From contig DAINRX010000002.1 in NCBI GenBank assembly GCA_036741635.1, positions 8,371 to 40,598 on the forward strand: 32,228 bases of DNA, in the 5' to 3' direction. The DNA is from Nitrososphaera sp. GTDB taxonomy: Archaea; Thermoproteota; Nitrososphaeria; Nitrososphaerales; Nitrososphaeraceae. Position numbers and translations under genes: made by a program. The notes under the pieces are model-generated. The model was not told where the DNA came from. It worked only from the letters and a program-made list of their open reading frames with translations, and searched no databases. Below are positions 1 to 8,897 of this stretch, one piece after another (the first letter of the stretch is position 1; each line of letters begins with the position of its first letter).

Positions 1-696
1 CTTCAAGCGGAGTGCCAGGACAGTGGCAATGCCAACTGCAAGCGGGAGAACAGCAATGACCGAGAATTCTGGCACGACAGTGGCAGTGAATGTGACTGAA
101 TCCGTCATGTCCTCCCCGCTTGCAGCAGCAGTGGCAGTCTCCCAGCCGGGCCTGATGTTAGTTATCTCTATTGTGACAGGGCCAGTGTAGTTGCTTTCAA
201 GCTGGATACTCTGGCCTGACCTCCCGCCTTGGCCGGGCTGGTTCACCTGCTTCCACAGCTCTGTTCCGTCGTCAGCATACATGGTTATGTCATAGCTTTC
301 CACGGGCAGGGGCGTCTCTATGATGTCAGGAACTGTGGCACCGGCTTCAGAGCCGGAGCCGGTGACGTTGCTTTCTGCCTGCGGGAACGAAGTGCTGTTA
401 GCTCTCGGAGAGCTTGCATTGAGGAACACCACCTCCAATGCAAAGGCGTCTTCAGGGTTCAGCGGGAGCTGAGCCCACCTGAGCTGCACCCTGTAAATGC
501 CCTTGTCAGACACCTGTTCAAGTATTGGAACTTCTTCGCCATCCGTATCTGTCGCGTTCAGGCTAAGGTTGTCATCCTCTGCACTGTCTAAAGCAGCTTC
601 CGGCTCTACCTTCTCCTGCGCAAAGGCTGGCGGCAGCAGCAAAGCGAGGAACGATGATAGAACAATAACTGCAAACAGGTAAGGATGACTCTTCAC
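1..696 (-). CDS. PEF(G)-CTERM sorting-domain secreted/surface protein (stop just outside window; absent from ORF track)
   Basis: Manual translation from GTG at 696: MKSHPYLFAVIVLSSFLALLLPPAFAQEK... (signal peptide). Frame is open to position 1, ending ...DSVTFTATVVPEFSVIAVLPLAVGIATVLALRLK (PEF motif, TM helix, basic tail). TTTATATT lies on the minus strand at 717-724. Confidence 0.85.
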   Translation of the reverse strand, partial: MKSHPYLFAVIVLSSFLALLLPPAFAQEKVEPEAALDSAEDDNLSLNATDTDGEEVPILEQVSDKGIYRVQLRWAQLPLNPEDAFALEVVFLNASSPRANSTSFPQAESNVTGSGSEAGATVPDIIETPLPVESYDITMYADDGTELWKQVNQPGQGGRSGQSIQLESNYTGPVTIEITNIRPGWETATAAASGEDMTDSVTFTATVVPEFSVIAVLPLAVGIATVLALRLK

Positions 697-730
697 GCCT
701 ACTATCGCTCAAAATATAATATAAAGGCGG

Positions 731-745
731 TTGAAAATTTTTCAA
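731..745. promoter_or_regulatory. Perfect inverted repeat TTGAAAA-T-TTTTCAA, candidate regulator site
   Basis: 7-bp arms directly adjacent to the AT-rich TATA region (711-724) of a divergent intergenic segment. Confidence 0.35.
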
Positions 746-759
746 TAATTACGTAGAGA

Positions 760-853
760 TGCAGGAACTTCACATCTGTTTTTCAGAGGTGCCCGCTCCT
801 GCAGTCCCTACGGGGTTCCATGCATGAGGGCGCAGGTTTCACCCTGCTTTTTT
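760..853 (+). ncRNA. Unclassified structured RNA-like element / putative leader or sRNA
   Basis: Pairings TGCAGGA(760-766)/TCCTGCA(797-803) and CACATCTG(771-778)/CAGAGGTG(784-791); CCC-TACG-GGG (806-815, cUNCGg loop); GCAGG/CCTGC hairpin (832-847) followed by T6. Confidence 0.4.
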
Positions 854-917
854 GCACGGATCATCTTTGTTGTGTTCTTTTGCTTATTTGGCTTGGCGAA
901 CCTGTGGCCGTACAAGA

Positions 918-925
918 TTTATAGA
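918..925 (+). promoter_or_regulatory. TATA box of tyrS (leaderless)
   Basis: TTTATAGA about 30 nt upstream of ATG 955. Confidence 0.6.
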
Positions 926-954
926 AGCGTGTTAGACGCATTTCTCATACAACA

Positions 955-2004
955 ATGGATACCGAAGAGCGGCTGGCACTTGTGACCCGGGAGCCTACCG
1001 AGGAAGTGGTTACTGCCGACGAGCTCCGGGCGCTCCTTGAAACTACCGCTCATCCAAGGCACTACATCGGCCTTGAAATATCCGGCGTGCTTCACCTTGG
1101 CAGCCTAATACTTACCGGCTTCAAGATAAACGACTTTATCAAGGCAGGCATCAACACCACCGTTTTTCTGGCCGACTGGCACACTTACATCAACGACAAG
1201 CTGGGCGGCGACTGGAACAGGATAAAGCAGGTGTCGCAATACTACGCCGACGCCTTCCGGTTCTTCTGCCCCGGCATCAACGTCGTGCTTGGCAGCGATC
1301 TCTACAGGCAGCACGAAGACTACTGGGAAAATTTCGTGCGATTCAGCAAGCACATGACCTTGGCAAGGACGATGCGCTCACTTACCATAATGGGCCGGAG
1401 CGAGGGCGAGAAGAACCTCGACCTGTCGCAATTGCTGTACCCGCCGATGCAGTCAGTCGACATCAAAGCGCTCGACCTCGACATCGTGCACGCAGGCATG
1501 GACCAGCGCAAGATCCATATGCTTGTCCGCGAGATATTCCCTAAGCTTGGCTGGAAGGTCCCAGTCGTCGTGCACCACCACCTGCTGCCGGGGCTGTCCG
1601 AGCCTGTGCGAATGGGCCTTGACGAAAACGCCGCCGAAGACGCCGAGATATCGAGCAAGATGAGCAAGAGCAAGCCGGCAAGCGGCATACTGATACACGA
1701 CGACGAAAAGACTATTCGCGACAAGATAATCAAAGCGTTCTGCCCCGTGGGGGTCGCAGAAGGGAACCCTGTGCTTGAGCTTGTGCGCTATGTAGTGTTC
1801 CACCAGTTCAAGGATTTTGTCATAGAACGCCCTGCAAAATACGGGGGCAGCGTAATGTATTCAAGCTACAAGGATGTTGAGAGCGACTTCATTGCAAAAA
1901 AGATACATCCGATGGACCTGAAGAACGCGACTGCGACCTATGTCAACAAGATAATCGAGCCGGTGCAGCGGCACTTCAAGGAAAGAGAGCCGCAGCTGAG
2001 CTGA
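955..2004 (+). CDS. tyrS: Tyrosyl-tRNA synthetase, archaeal type
   Basis: YIGLEISG..HLGS (HIGH-like), LYPPMQSVDI, AGMDQRKIHML, KMSKS and HPMDLK motifs. Confidence 0.95.
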   Translation: MDTEERLALVTREPTEEVVTADELRALLETTAHPRHYIGLEISGVLHLGSLILTGFKINDFIKAGINTTVFLADWHTYINDKLGGDWNRIKQVSQYYADAFRFFCPGINVVLGSDLYRQHEDYWENFVRFSKHMTLARTMRSLTIMGRSEGEKNLDLSQLLYPPMQSVDIKALDLDIVHAGMDQRKIHMLVREIFPKLGWKVPVVVHHHLLPGLSEPVRMGLDENAAEDAEISSKMSKSKPASGILIHDDEKTIRDKIIKAFCPVGVAEGNPVLELVRYVVFHQFKDFVIERPAKYGGSVMYSSYKDVESDFIAKKIHPMDLKNATATYVNKIIEPVQRHFKEREPQLS

Positions 2005-2027
2005 AAAGGAAAAAGAAAGTAGGATTT

Positions 2028-3256
2028 TTAGTTTATCGCCACTACCTTGCTTCCCCACAGGCAGTAGCTGTCGCCAACTGTGCTGAGCCATTCGTCAAGG
2101 TTTTCCTCCACACACATAGCTCGGCCTTCCGTCGCATACCTCTACAGAGACATCGGCCATCCTCACGCTGTCTGGGTCAAGGTGCCACGACCAAGGCTGG
2201 TTAAAGCCGCCGTCGCCGCGGACAAGCTTGCCGGTGACATGATGCTGTTCTTGCCGTTATAGTTGTCTATCAGCTGCTGGATCGTCTCTCAGTCAGTCGC
2301 ACGCGCACAACAAACCTTTCTCCGACCACATCAACCGTGAACGACCTGCCTTCAGCAGCTGTCTTGGATGTAACAGGCTTTCTCAGAGCATCAACGATTG
2401 CGACTATAGTGAATGCGTCGCTTGTTGTACCTCTGCGCGCGCGCGCCAGTATGACCTAGCCTGCGAAATTGACGCTGCCCGAAGTCACATCCCTTAGCAG
2501 CGTTTCACTGCATAGAACCTGCTGTTTACAACACGGTATGCAATGCCATTCGAGCTGTCGTCGGCTTAATCTGTAACATCGTGGTATACAAGAATGTCAA
2601 CGGACCTGTTGATCGTGAACGTGACGGCGCGCCATTGTAGACATAACCTGCTCGGCCAAAAGCAGATACGCGGCCTGGTGCGAAGCGTGCCCTTCTGCAT
2701 TATGCGACGCTGACTGCTTTACCATCGTTTCAGTGATCCTTCTCTCTCCATTATCCATGCTAGGCTCAGAGGCGTTATCGTACTCCTGCTGTATTGCGCC
2801 CACTATCATGCCAAGGCCTTTTAGGACAGGCTCTGCCAAAGTCCACTCGTTAACCCACGATACCGAGTGGGCTCTGCCGTCCATAGTAACTGTCAGCGAG
2901 TACGAGAAGTAGTCGGCAACTCCATCTTTTGGCGGGTAAAAGCCCTGCAGTTCAAAGAACCTGTTATCTGAAATTGCCTGCTTGATCGACTCTACGCTTG
3001 CGCCGGAGAGCTGTCTTTCAACCACGCCGCCGTTCTTGATCACGTTAGTTTTAGAGTCGTATGAAGTCTTGGATTCAAAGGCAAGCCTTTCATTTATCCC
3101 TCAATGCCTCCTGACTTGACGTACTCGAATTTGAAATCAGAAGACGATGACGGCTGCTGGGCAGACACTACCATTACTCCCATCGGCACTGTAATGCTGG
3201 CGAGCAATATGCCGGCAGCAACTAGGCCGGGAATTGGAAGTCTTCTTACCTAACAT
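2028..3256 (-). pseudogene. Decayed multidomain secreted protein: signal peptide + emfourin-like domain + thaumarchaeal DUF + BP74-N-like domain
   Basis: Frames stitched by hand: RRLPIPGLVAAGILLASIT..(signal)..FEYVKSGGIEG/INERL..ADYFSYSLTVTMDGRAHSVSW..GHASHQAA..GYVYNG/VTFTINRSVDILVYHD*..FTVDVVGERFVVRV/..GKLVRGDGGFNQPWSWHLDPDSVRMADVSVEVCDGRPSYV/EENLDEWL..YCLWGSKVVAIN*. Several frameshifts and in-frame stops. Confidence 0.75.
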
Positions 3257-3291
3257 ATTTCTGATAAAACTGAACTCCATTTAAAAAGATA

Positions 3292-3305
3292 ACTGACCAG
3301 TCAGT
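3292..3305. promoter_or_regulatory. Palindrome ACTGAC-CA-GTCAGT, candidate operator
   Basis: 6-bp perfect arms immediately upstream of the minus-strand TTTTTAAA TATA-like box (3280-3287) of the pseudogene. Confidence 0.35.
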
Positions 3306-3426
3306 CAGCATAATATAGCTGAACTGCGATCGTTTATTGCCAACAGGCCGGGAAAGCTGCGGCGACCGGAAGGTTGAAGAGTGCTAAAACGAATATATTT
3401 ATTGGCGCTATAATGACTATTCACGG

Positions 3427-3591
3427 ATGTCCGCAGAAGCAATTGCAAACTTTGACACGTACGCATGGGTCGCCGTGGGGTTGTTCATCACCGGCCTGTT
3501 CGCGGTAATGGTCTATGAAAAATCAAGCTCTGAATCCAAGAGGAACAGACAGCAGCAGTCAGGAACAGCTGCAAACAACACTGAAAAGTAA
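3427..3591 (+). CDS. Small single-pass membrane protein (54 aa; not in ORF track)
   Basis: MSAEAIANFDTYAWVAVGLFITGLFAVMVYEKSSSESKRNRQQQSGTAANNTEK*. Clean TM helix, with an AT-rich TATA-like stretch at about 3393-3403. Confidence 0.65.
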   Translation: MSAEAIANFDTYAWVAVGLFITGLFAVMVYEKSSSESKRNRQQQSGTAANNTEK

Positions 3592-6325
3592 AGAAACAGA
3601 GCAGCTGATTATTGAAAATTTCAGAAAGGAAGGTTTTGAATCTCTAACCACCATACAGCAGAAGGCGCTGCCCGTCATTGCAAGAAGGGTAAACTGCCTG
3701 CTCGTGGCTCCAACGGGCTCCGGCAAGACCGAAGCTGCAGTTCTGCCAGTATTTACGATGCTTGCCCACGAAAAGGGCAGCGCAGGCAGGATCCGGGCAA
3801 TCTACATCACGCCGCTGAGGGCGCTCAACAATGACGTCATGAGGCGCGTCATAAGGTACGCTCAGTCCGAGGGCCTGCGGATTGAAATCCGCCACGGCGA
3901 CACGACCACACTGGAAAGGAAGAAGATAGTCGAGAACCCGCCTGACGTCCTGATAACTACGCCCGAGTCGCTTGCGGTCGTATTGACAAGCGACAAGATG
4001 CTTGCAGCCCTCAAGGGCCTACAGTGGGTCATAGTGGACGAGGTGCACGAGCTCGTCTCTAACGAGCGCGGCGCGCACCTGTCAATCAGCTTGGAGAGGC
4101 TGCAGGCAGCTTCGTCGCAGCATGTGGCAAGGATAGGGCTTTCTGCCACCGTGGGCAACCTGAAGCAGGCGGCGCAGTTTGTTTCAGGCGCCGGCAGAAA
4201 GCACGCGGTGCTAGTCGACTCGGCGAGGCGCGGCTATGACATCGATGTCCGGTTTGTCAAGGGCTCACTCAACAACGTCGCCCATTTCGTAACCGAATAT
4301 GTCAAGAGCAACAAGGTGGAAGGCTCTATCCTGCTTTTCACAAACACAAGGGACGAGGCAGAGTACCTCGGGACGATCCTGAAGAACCAGAGTGAGATCA
4401 AAGTCGATGTCCACCACGGCTCGCTTTCAAAGGAAATGCGCGAGGAAACCGAGCACACGCTCAGGTCCGGCTCTGCTGGCATTGTCGTGTGTACTAGCTC
4501 GCTCGAGCTTGGACTGGACATAGGCTCAGTCGATCTGGTGATACATTACGGCTCACCCCGGCAGGTCTCGAAATTGATGCAGAGGATCGGGCGCAGCAGG
4601 CATAGCAGGAGGAGCTTTGCCAAGGGGCTGGTGGTGACCAACAACCCTGATGACGAGATAGAGGCTCTTGCAATAATCAGGCGCATGAAGAAAGGCTCGA
4701 TAGAGGAGCAAAAGATGCACGAAGGAGCGCTTGACGTCATGGCGCACCACTTGGTCGGGCTTGCCATGCAGACCGGTGACCCTGTAAAGATGGACGACGC
4801 CTACAACCTTGTGACAAGGGCTCATCCGTTTCGAAACGTCAGCCTCTTTGACGTTGAAAGCTGCCTCGACATTTTGGCAAGCCACAATGTAATCAAGTAC
4901 GACAGAGAGAACCGCACCTATGTTCGCAAGATAAAGGCGTACAAGTATTACTTTGAGAATCTCTCCATGATCCCGCACGTCCTGAAGTTCGAAGTCATCG
5001 ACTCGATAAGCAAGCGCAGGATAGGCACGCTCGACCAGCAGTTCGTCGGCGACTATGGCGAAAAGGGCAACGTCTTTGTGCTCAAGGGCTCGCAGTGGCG
5101 CATACTGTCAGTCGACGAAGGCAGGATGGTGGTAAACGTCGAGCCTTTGCGCGGCGCCGCAATCAACATACCCTACTGGGTCGGCGAAATGATACCTGTC
5201 GACATCAAGACTGCTGAAGAAGTCGGGATTATACGCAACCAGGCTGCCGGCGGCCGCATCAAGCTGTCGACTGCCATCATGCAGGACACCGCCAAGTCGC
5301 TCAAGGTGATACCGGACTCGGAGAACATAGTGGTTGAAAGTTATTCTTCACGCAACATGCTCATTATACACAGCGTCTTTGGCTCAAAGGTGAATAACAC
5401 CCTTGCCTCGCTTCTGTCGACGATTCTGTCGTCGCAGCTCGGCTACATTGTGGAGTCAAGGTCGGACGCTTATCGGATAATGCTCACTTCAAGCGCGAGG
5501 ATGACGCAGGGCAGGCTTGAAGCCACGCTCAAGGACGTCTACGACCTCGAGCCAGTCATCATCGCTGCTCTGACTGGCACCCACAACATAAACTGGAAGG
5601 TGTGGATGGTCGCCAAGAGGTTTGGCATGATAAGCAGGGAGGCTGTGTACGACAAAAAAGTGGCCCGCATGATCTATGACAGGTATTCCAAGACTCCAGT
5701 GAGCGCCGAGTCGATAAGGGAGCTGGTGCACGACAAGTACGACATGGCTCAGACGCAGCAGGTGCTTGACAGCATCAAGGCTGGCACGATCAAGATACAC
5801 TGGCTTGAGGTTACTGAGTTTTCGGATCTGGCAAAGACGATAATCGAGCACTCGGGCAAGATGGCTGGCATGACTCCGCTGAGCGTGGAAAAGGGCGTCA
5901 TCGAGCTGGTAAAAGAGCGGCTGGACAAGACGAAGCACAGGCTCGTCTGCATACGCTGCGGCAAGTGGGAGCGGGTGATGGAGACAAAGGATGTGCCGGA
6001 GGAAGTTTCATGCCCAAGCTGCCGGTCGCGCCTTGTTACCGCAACCTTCTGGTCAGACGATGAGATGTCAAGGATAATCAGGACCCGGCTTGCAGGCGGC
6101 AAGCTGACGCCGGAGCAGAACCACAAGTTCGAGCGGGCCTGGAAGGTGGCGTCGCTTGTCAACAACTTTGGCAAGAAAGCCTTGATAGTGCTGGCAGGGC
6201 ATGGAGTCGGTGCCGACACTGCTGCTCGAATATTGCGCAACTATGTCGACGACGAGCAAGTCTACCGCAGCATCTACGAAGCCGAAAGGCAGTACGTCAT
6301 CACCCGCGGGTTCTGGGCCGATTGA
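3515..6325 (+). CDS. lhr: Lhr-like SF2 ATP-dependent DEAD/DEAH helicase with C-terminal Zn ribbon (true start may be near 3606)
   Basis: APTGSGKT, YITPLRALNND, DEVHE, LSAT, TSSLELGLDIG and QRIGRS motifs; C-terminal CxxC..CxxC. Confidence 0.92.
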   Translation: MKNQALNPRGTDSSSQEQLQTTLKSKETEQLIIENFRKEGFESLTTIQQKALPVIARRVNCLLVAPTGSGKTEAAVLPVFTMLAHEKGSAGRIRAIYITPLRALNNDVMRRVIRYAQSEGLRIEIRHGDTTTLERKKIVENPPDVLITTPESLAVVLTSDKMLAALKGLQWVIVDEVHELVSNERGAHLSISLERLQAASSQHVARIGLSATVGNLKQAAQFVSGAGRKHAVLVDSARRGYDIDVRFVKGSLNNVAHFVTEYVKSNKVEGSILLFTNTRDEAEYLGTILKNQSEIKVDVHHGSLSKEMREETEHTLRSGSAGIVVCTSSLELGLDIGSVDLVIHYGSPRQVSKLMQRIGRSRHSRRSFAKGLVVTNNPDDEIEALAIIRRMKKGSIEEQKMHEGALDVMAHHLVGLAMQTGDPVKMDDAYNLVTRAHPFRNVSLFDVESCLDILASHNVIKYDRENRTYVRKIKAYKYYFENLSMIPHVLKFEVIDSISKRRIGTLDQQFVGDYGEKGNVFVLKGSQWRILSVDEGRMVVNVEPLRGAAINIPYWVGEMIPVDIKTAEEVGIIRNQAAGGRIKLSTAIMQDTAKSLKVIPDSENIVVESYSSRNMLIIHSVFGSKVNNTLASLLSTILSSQLGYIVESRSDAYRIMLTSSARMTQGRLEATLKDVYDLEPVIIAALTGTHNINWKVWMVAKRFGMISREAVYDKKVARMIYDRYSKTPVSAESIRELVHDKYDMAQTQQVLDSIKAGTIKIHWLEVTEFSDLAKTIIEHSGKMAGMTPLSVEKGVIELVKERLDKTKHRLVCIRCGKWERVMETKDVPEEVSCPSCRSRLVTATFWSDDEMSRIIRTRLAGGKLTPEQNHKFERAWKVASLVNNFGKKALIVLAGHGVGADTAARILRNYVDDEQVYRSIYEAERQYVITRGFWAD

Positions 6326-6335
6326 TCCACAATAA

Positions 6336-6747
6336 CTACTCCAAAGTGTTGAGAGCTCTTGATGGCAAAACTCCGACGAGCGTGCGCGGCACTAGCAGCG
6401 TGATGACAACATCCCACCGCATGCCAGAGTTTGCCAGCTGACCTACTATGAAGAGCGACAGCGAAATGGCAAGAGCAGCAAACACAAGGTATGTATGCTC
6501 CTGTCCGCTTTCTATTTGCAAGGCAGGCTATTGTGGCGCTAGGGATGGCAAGCAGCGCGATGTAATAGGCTGCGTATAGTGGGGATGCGACCTCTGCTGG
6601 ATCGTATGCAAGGTTAACAGAATAGTAGACAAGGCCGACAATGACAAAGGCGATCATCAAGCCCATGTATGTTATTGCGAGCTTGACGTATGGATGGAGG
6701 CTGACATCATGAACGGCAGTCCTGTTTTCATTACCTGTGCTTGCCAT
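6336..6747 (-). pseudogene. Frameshifted multi-pass membrane protein
   Basis: The hydrophobic reading of ORF 6274-6765 switches to the hydrophobic ORF 6336-6521 at a 4-bp duplication GTAT-GTAT (6489-6496). Removing it gives ..RKRTGAYLVFAALAISLSLFIVG.. Confidence 0.6.
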
Positions 6748-6916
6748 TACAATTGCTGCTTGCAAGCAGCATTCTTATGAGTGCATTATGATGCATGTAA
6801 TCTCGTACACCAGTGGTACAATAGTTTGATAGCATAGATAAAAGATTCCAGTTGCTGAATACAATACGCGTACAAAAGTTAATAGGAGGTTGCAGGCACA
6901 ATAAAGCAATTAAAAA

Positions 6917-7345
6917 ATGCTTAACAATGCCCATGATTCAAGTTCTGTAAAAAATAAAACAAGGCTTAAAATCCTGTTCGTCGACGACGAGCAGGACATC
7001 ACCGCCGTTCTCAAGAAGGGCTTGGAGGCACACGGATTCGAAGTAGTAGCATTTAACGATCCTGAAGAGGCACTGGCAAAATATCGCGTCGGCCAGTACG
7101 ACCTTTTGCTTTTGGACATAAGGATGCCCAAAATGAGTGGCTTTGAGCTGTACAGGAAAATAAGGGAGACCGATCAGAAAGTCAAGGTATGCTTCCTGAC
7201 CGCTTTTGAGATCTACTACGACAAATTCAAGAGGATGTTTCCAAAATTGCACGTAAGGTGCTTTGCCCGCAAGCCAGTAACAGCTTCGGACCTGAAAAAG
7301 ATCATAATGGACGAAATGGAAGCGCCTCCGATCCCATTCAAGTGA
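6917..7345 (+). CDS. Single-domain response regulator (receiver)
   Basis: ILFVDDE, LLLDIRMPKMSG (phospho-Asp), FLTA and RKP motifs. Confidence 0.92.
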   Translation: MLNNAHDSSSVKNKTRLKILFVDDEQDITAVLKKGLEAHGFEVVAFNDPEEALAKYRVGQYDLLLLDIRMPKMSGFELYRKIRETDQKVKVCFLTAFEIYYDKFKRMFPKLHVRCFARKPVTASDLKKIIMDEMEAPPIPFK

Positions 7346-7350
7346 TGTTA

Positions 7351-7572
7351 TTATTCCGGCTCCCTTAACGTGAGCAGGGCAAACGCGTCTTCAAGGTCGC
7401 AGCACTTGCATTCTTGGCTCATGCAGAATACCCTTGACCTGTGGCAGCATTCTTTGCATTTGCAGACTTTGACTTCTTGCTGTAGCGCCGGATCCCACCA
7501 ATCAGTGTAATGATCGATAACACAATTAAATATTCGCCAAAATTCGTAAATGCAGATGCCTTCGACTTGCAT
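7351..7572 (-). CDS. Small Cys-rich (metallothionein-like) protein; start uncertain
   Basis: Core CKCKECCHRSRVFCMSQECKCC has 8 Cys in 22 aa; same strand as and 24 nt downstream of the GCS2 gene. Confidence 0.55.
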   Translation of the reverse strand: MQVEGICIYEFWRIFNCVIDHYTDWWDPALQQEVKVCKCKECCHRSRVFCMSQECKCCDLEDAFALLTLREPE

Positions 7573-7596
7573 AATGGAAACAACTGCAGCGTATTT

Positions 7597-8850
7597 TCAT
7601 ATAATAGGCTGATTGTTCCTTGTTTTCTGCCAGATGTCCGCAACGACCTCTAGCAACGTTTGCTCGACAGACCCGTTGTACTTGCTCTGCCACAGCTTGG
7701 CGACATATTCGCCTGCGGTGTTTCTGTTCTCTAGTCGGCTCTCAAGGATGCCCAGAAAGTCGGGCTTGGCGCCCAGATCTGATAGACCCTTTCTTGCAAA
7801 AGCAAGCTGGCTCCTTACGGTTTCAATGATGTTAAAGTGCGTCTTGGCGTTAAAGCCCGACCTCACGACCGCCTGCCGCTCCTCCCTGACTGAAGGCAGC
7901 GGCCGCAGGCTCCTCTCTTCATGTATCGCCCTGTGCAGGTAGCCGACCAGAAATTCTATCATGGCCATCATTGTTTTGGGCGTCGGCTGGACCGACATCA
8001 CCCTTGTCTCCACACGATAAAAGCCAGTGTTGAGCCGAACCCGGGCGTCGTCGTGCCGCTCCTTCACCATCTCGAAATAGTCCTTGGCAACCACCGGCTT
8101 TCTTGAAATGATGTAATCGACGTAATCCTCGATACCTGTGAGGTACCTCGCGATGCCCGGAAAGCCCGAGTTCTGCTGCTCAGTCTGGTCGTAAAGGTAG
8201 ATTCTAGGCTCATGAAGCGAAAAGACCCTACCTGCAAAGAGCCTGCTGTTGGCCCCAAGCAGAATGACTGCCGGTATCAGGTTCAGGATGTGGTTGAACA
8301 TTTGCGCGGTAAAGTTAGGGTTCCTGCCCTGCAGGTGGAGGTGGAAGCCCTGAATTGCTGCCGCTGTGTGCAGCGCCTTGAACTTTTGGCCGTCAATTTC
8401 CACGTCTGGGATCTTGCTCTGCCACCTTGCGAGCCGCAGATAGCGGGGCTTGTTCGTGATGAGGCCGTCCCTCAAGACATAGGGCGACGGGTTGGCCCCG
8501 AGGAATACCGGGAAAACGTCGTTCCTGTACACCTTTTTGATCGTGGCGTCAAGGTGCTCTATGAACTCTTCAAACTGCGAATTGAGCCGGGCAAGGCTGT
8601 CAAATGACACAGGGTCGGTCTTGTATTCGAGCTGGCAGACGCCGTATTCGTAGTCGATGTTGTGGTACCTCCCTAGCCGCTCGATCGCAGGCTTGGCGTT
8701 GACCGGCATCCCTTTGTCGTCGACAAGGCATATCTCGATCTCGATCCCGACCCTGAAATTTTCATCAGTCCTTGCAGAGTGCCTGCGTATCTGGGCCTTG
8801 AGCTCGTTTGCCTGCCTGACTATTGATGATGACGGCTTTTGGTTCTTCAA
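7597..8850 (-). CDS. Glutamate-cysteine ligase family 2 (GCS2/YbdK-like carboxylate-amine ligase)
   Basis: VGIEIEICLVD, EYGVCQLEYKT, GFHLHL, LGANS, DARVR..RVETRV motifs. Confidence 0.85.
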   Translation of the reverse strand: MKNQKPSSSIVRQANELKAQIRRHSARTDENFRVGIEIEICLVDDKGMPVNAKPAIERLGRYHNIDYEYGVCQLEYKTDPVSFDSLARLNSQFEEFIEHLDATIKKVYRNDVFPVFLGANPSPYVLRDGLITNKPRYLRLARWQSKIPDVEIDGQKFKALHTAAAIQGFHLHLQGRNPNFTAQMFNHILNLIPAVILLGANSRLFAGRVFSLHEPRIYLYDQTEQQNSGFPGIARYLTGIEDYVDYIISRKPVVAKDYFEMVKERHDDARVRLNTGFYRVETRVMSVQPTPKTMMAMIEFLVGYLHRAIHEERSLRPLPSVREERQAVVRSGFNAKTHFNIIETVRSQLAFARKGLSDLGAKPDFLGILESRLENRNTAGEYVAKLWQSKYNGSVEQTLLEVVADIWQKTRNNQPII

Positions 8851-8897
8851 TCAACGATATACAAGACAGCCGTTTCCTAATTTGTATTTCCTGCGAG

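Noticed and set aside
229..682. Plus-strand ORFs 229-591 and 497-682
   Set aside because: Antisense shadows of the minus-strand PEF-CTERM gene.
760..853. Assignment to a known riboswitch (T-box, SAM-I via GGTGCCCGCTCCTGCAG, c-di-AMP or TPP via minus-strand GGGTGAAACC/CGTAGGGA)
   Set aside because: Only fragments match. The UGGNACC bulge, SAM P1/GCAACC, CCGUCAGCUAAC and CUGAGA cores are absent.
2597..3043. 148-aa ORF as an intact gene
   Set aside because: It is an internal fragment of the larger frameshifted gene 2028-3256.
6274..6765. 163-aa ORF as an intact gene
   Set aside because: Its C-terminal half is out of frame after a 4-bp duplication and overlaps lhr.
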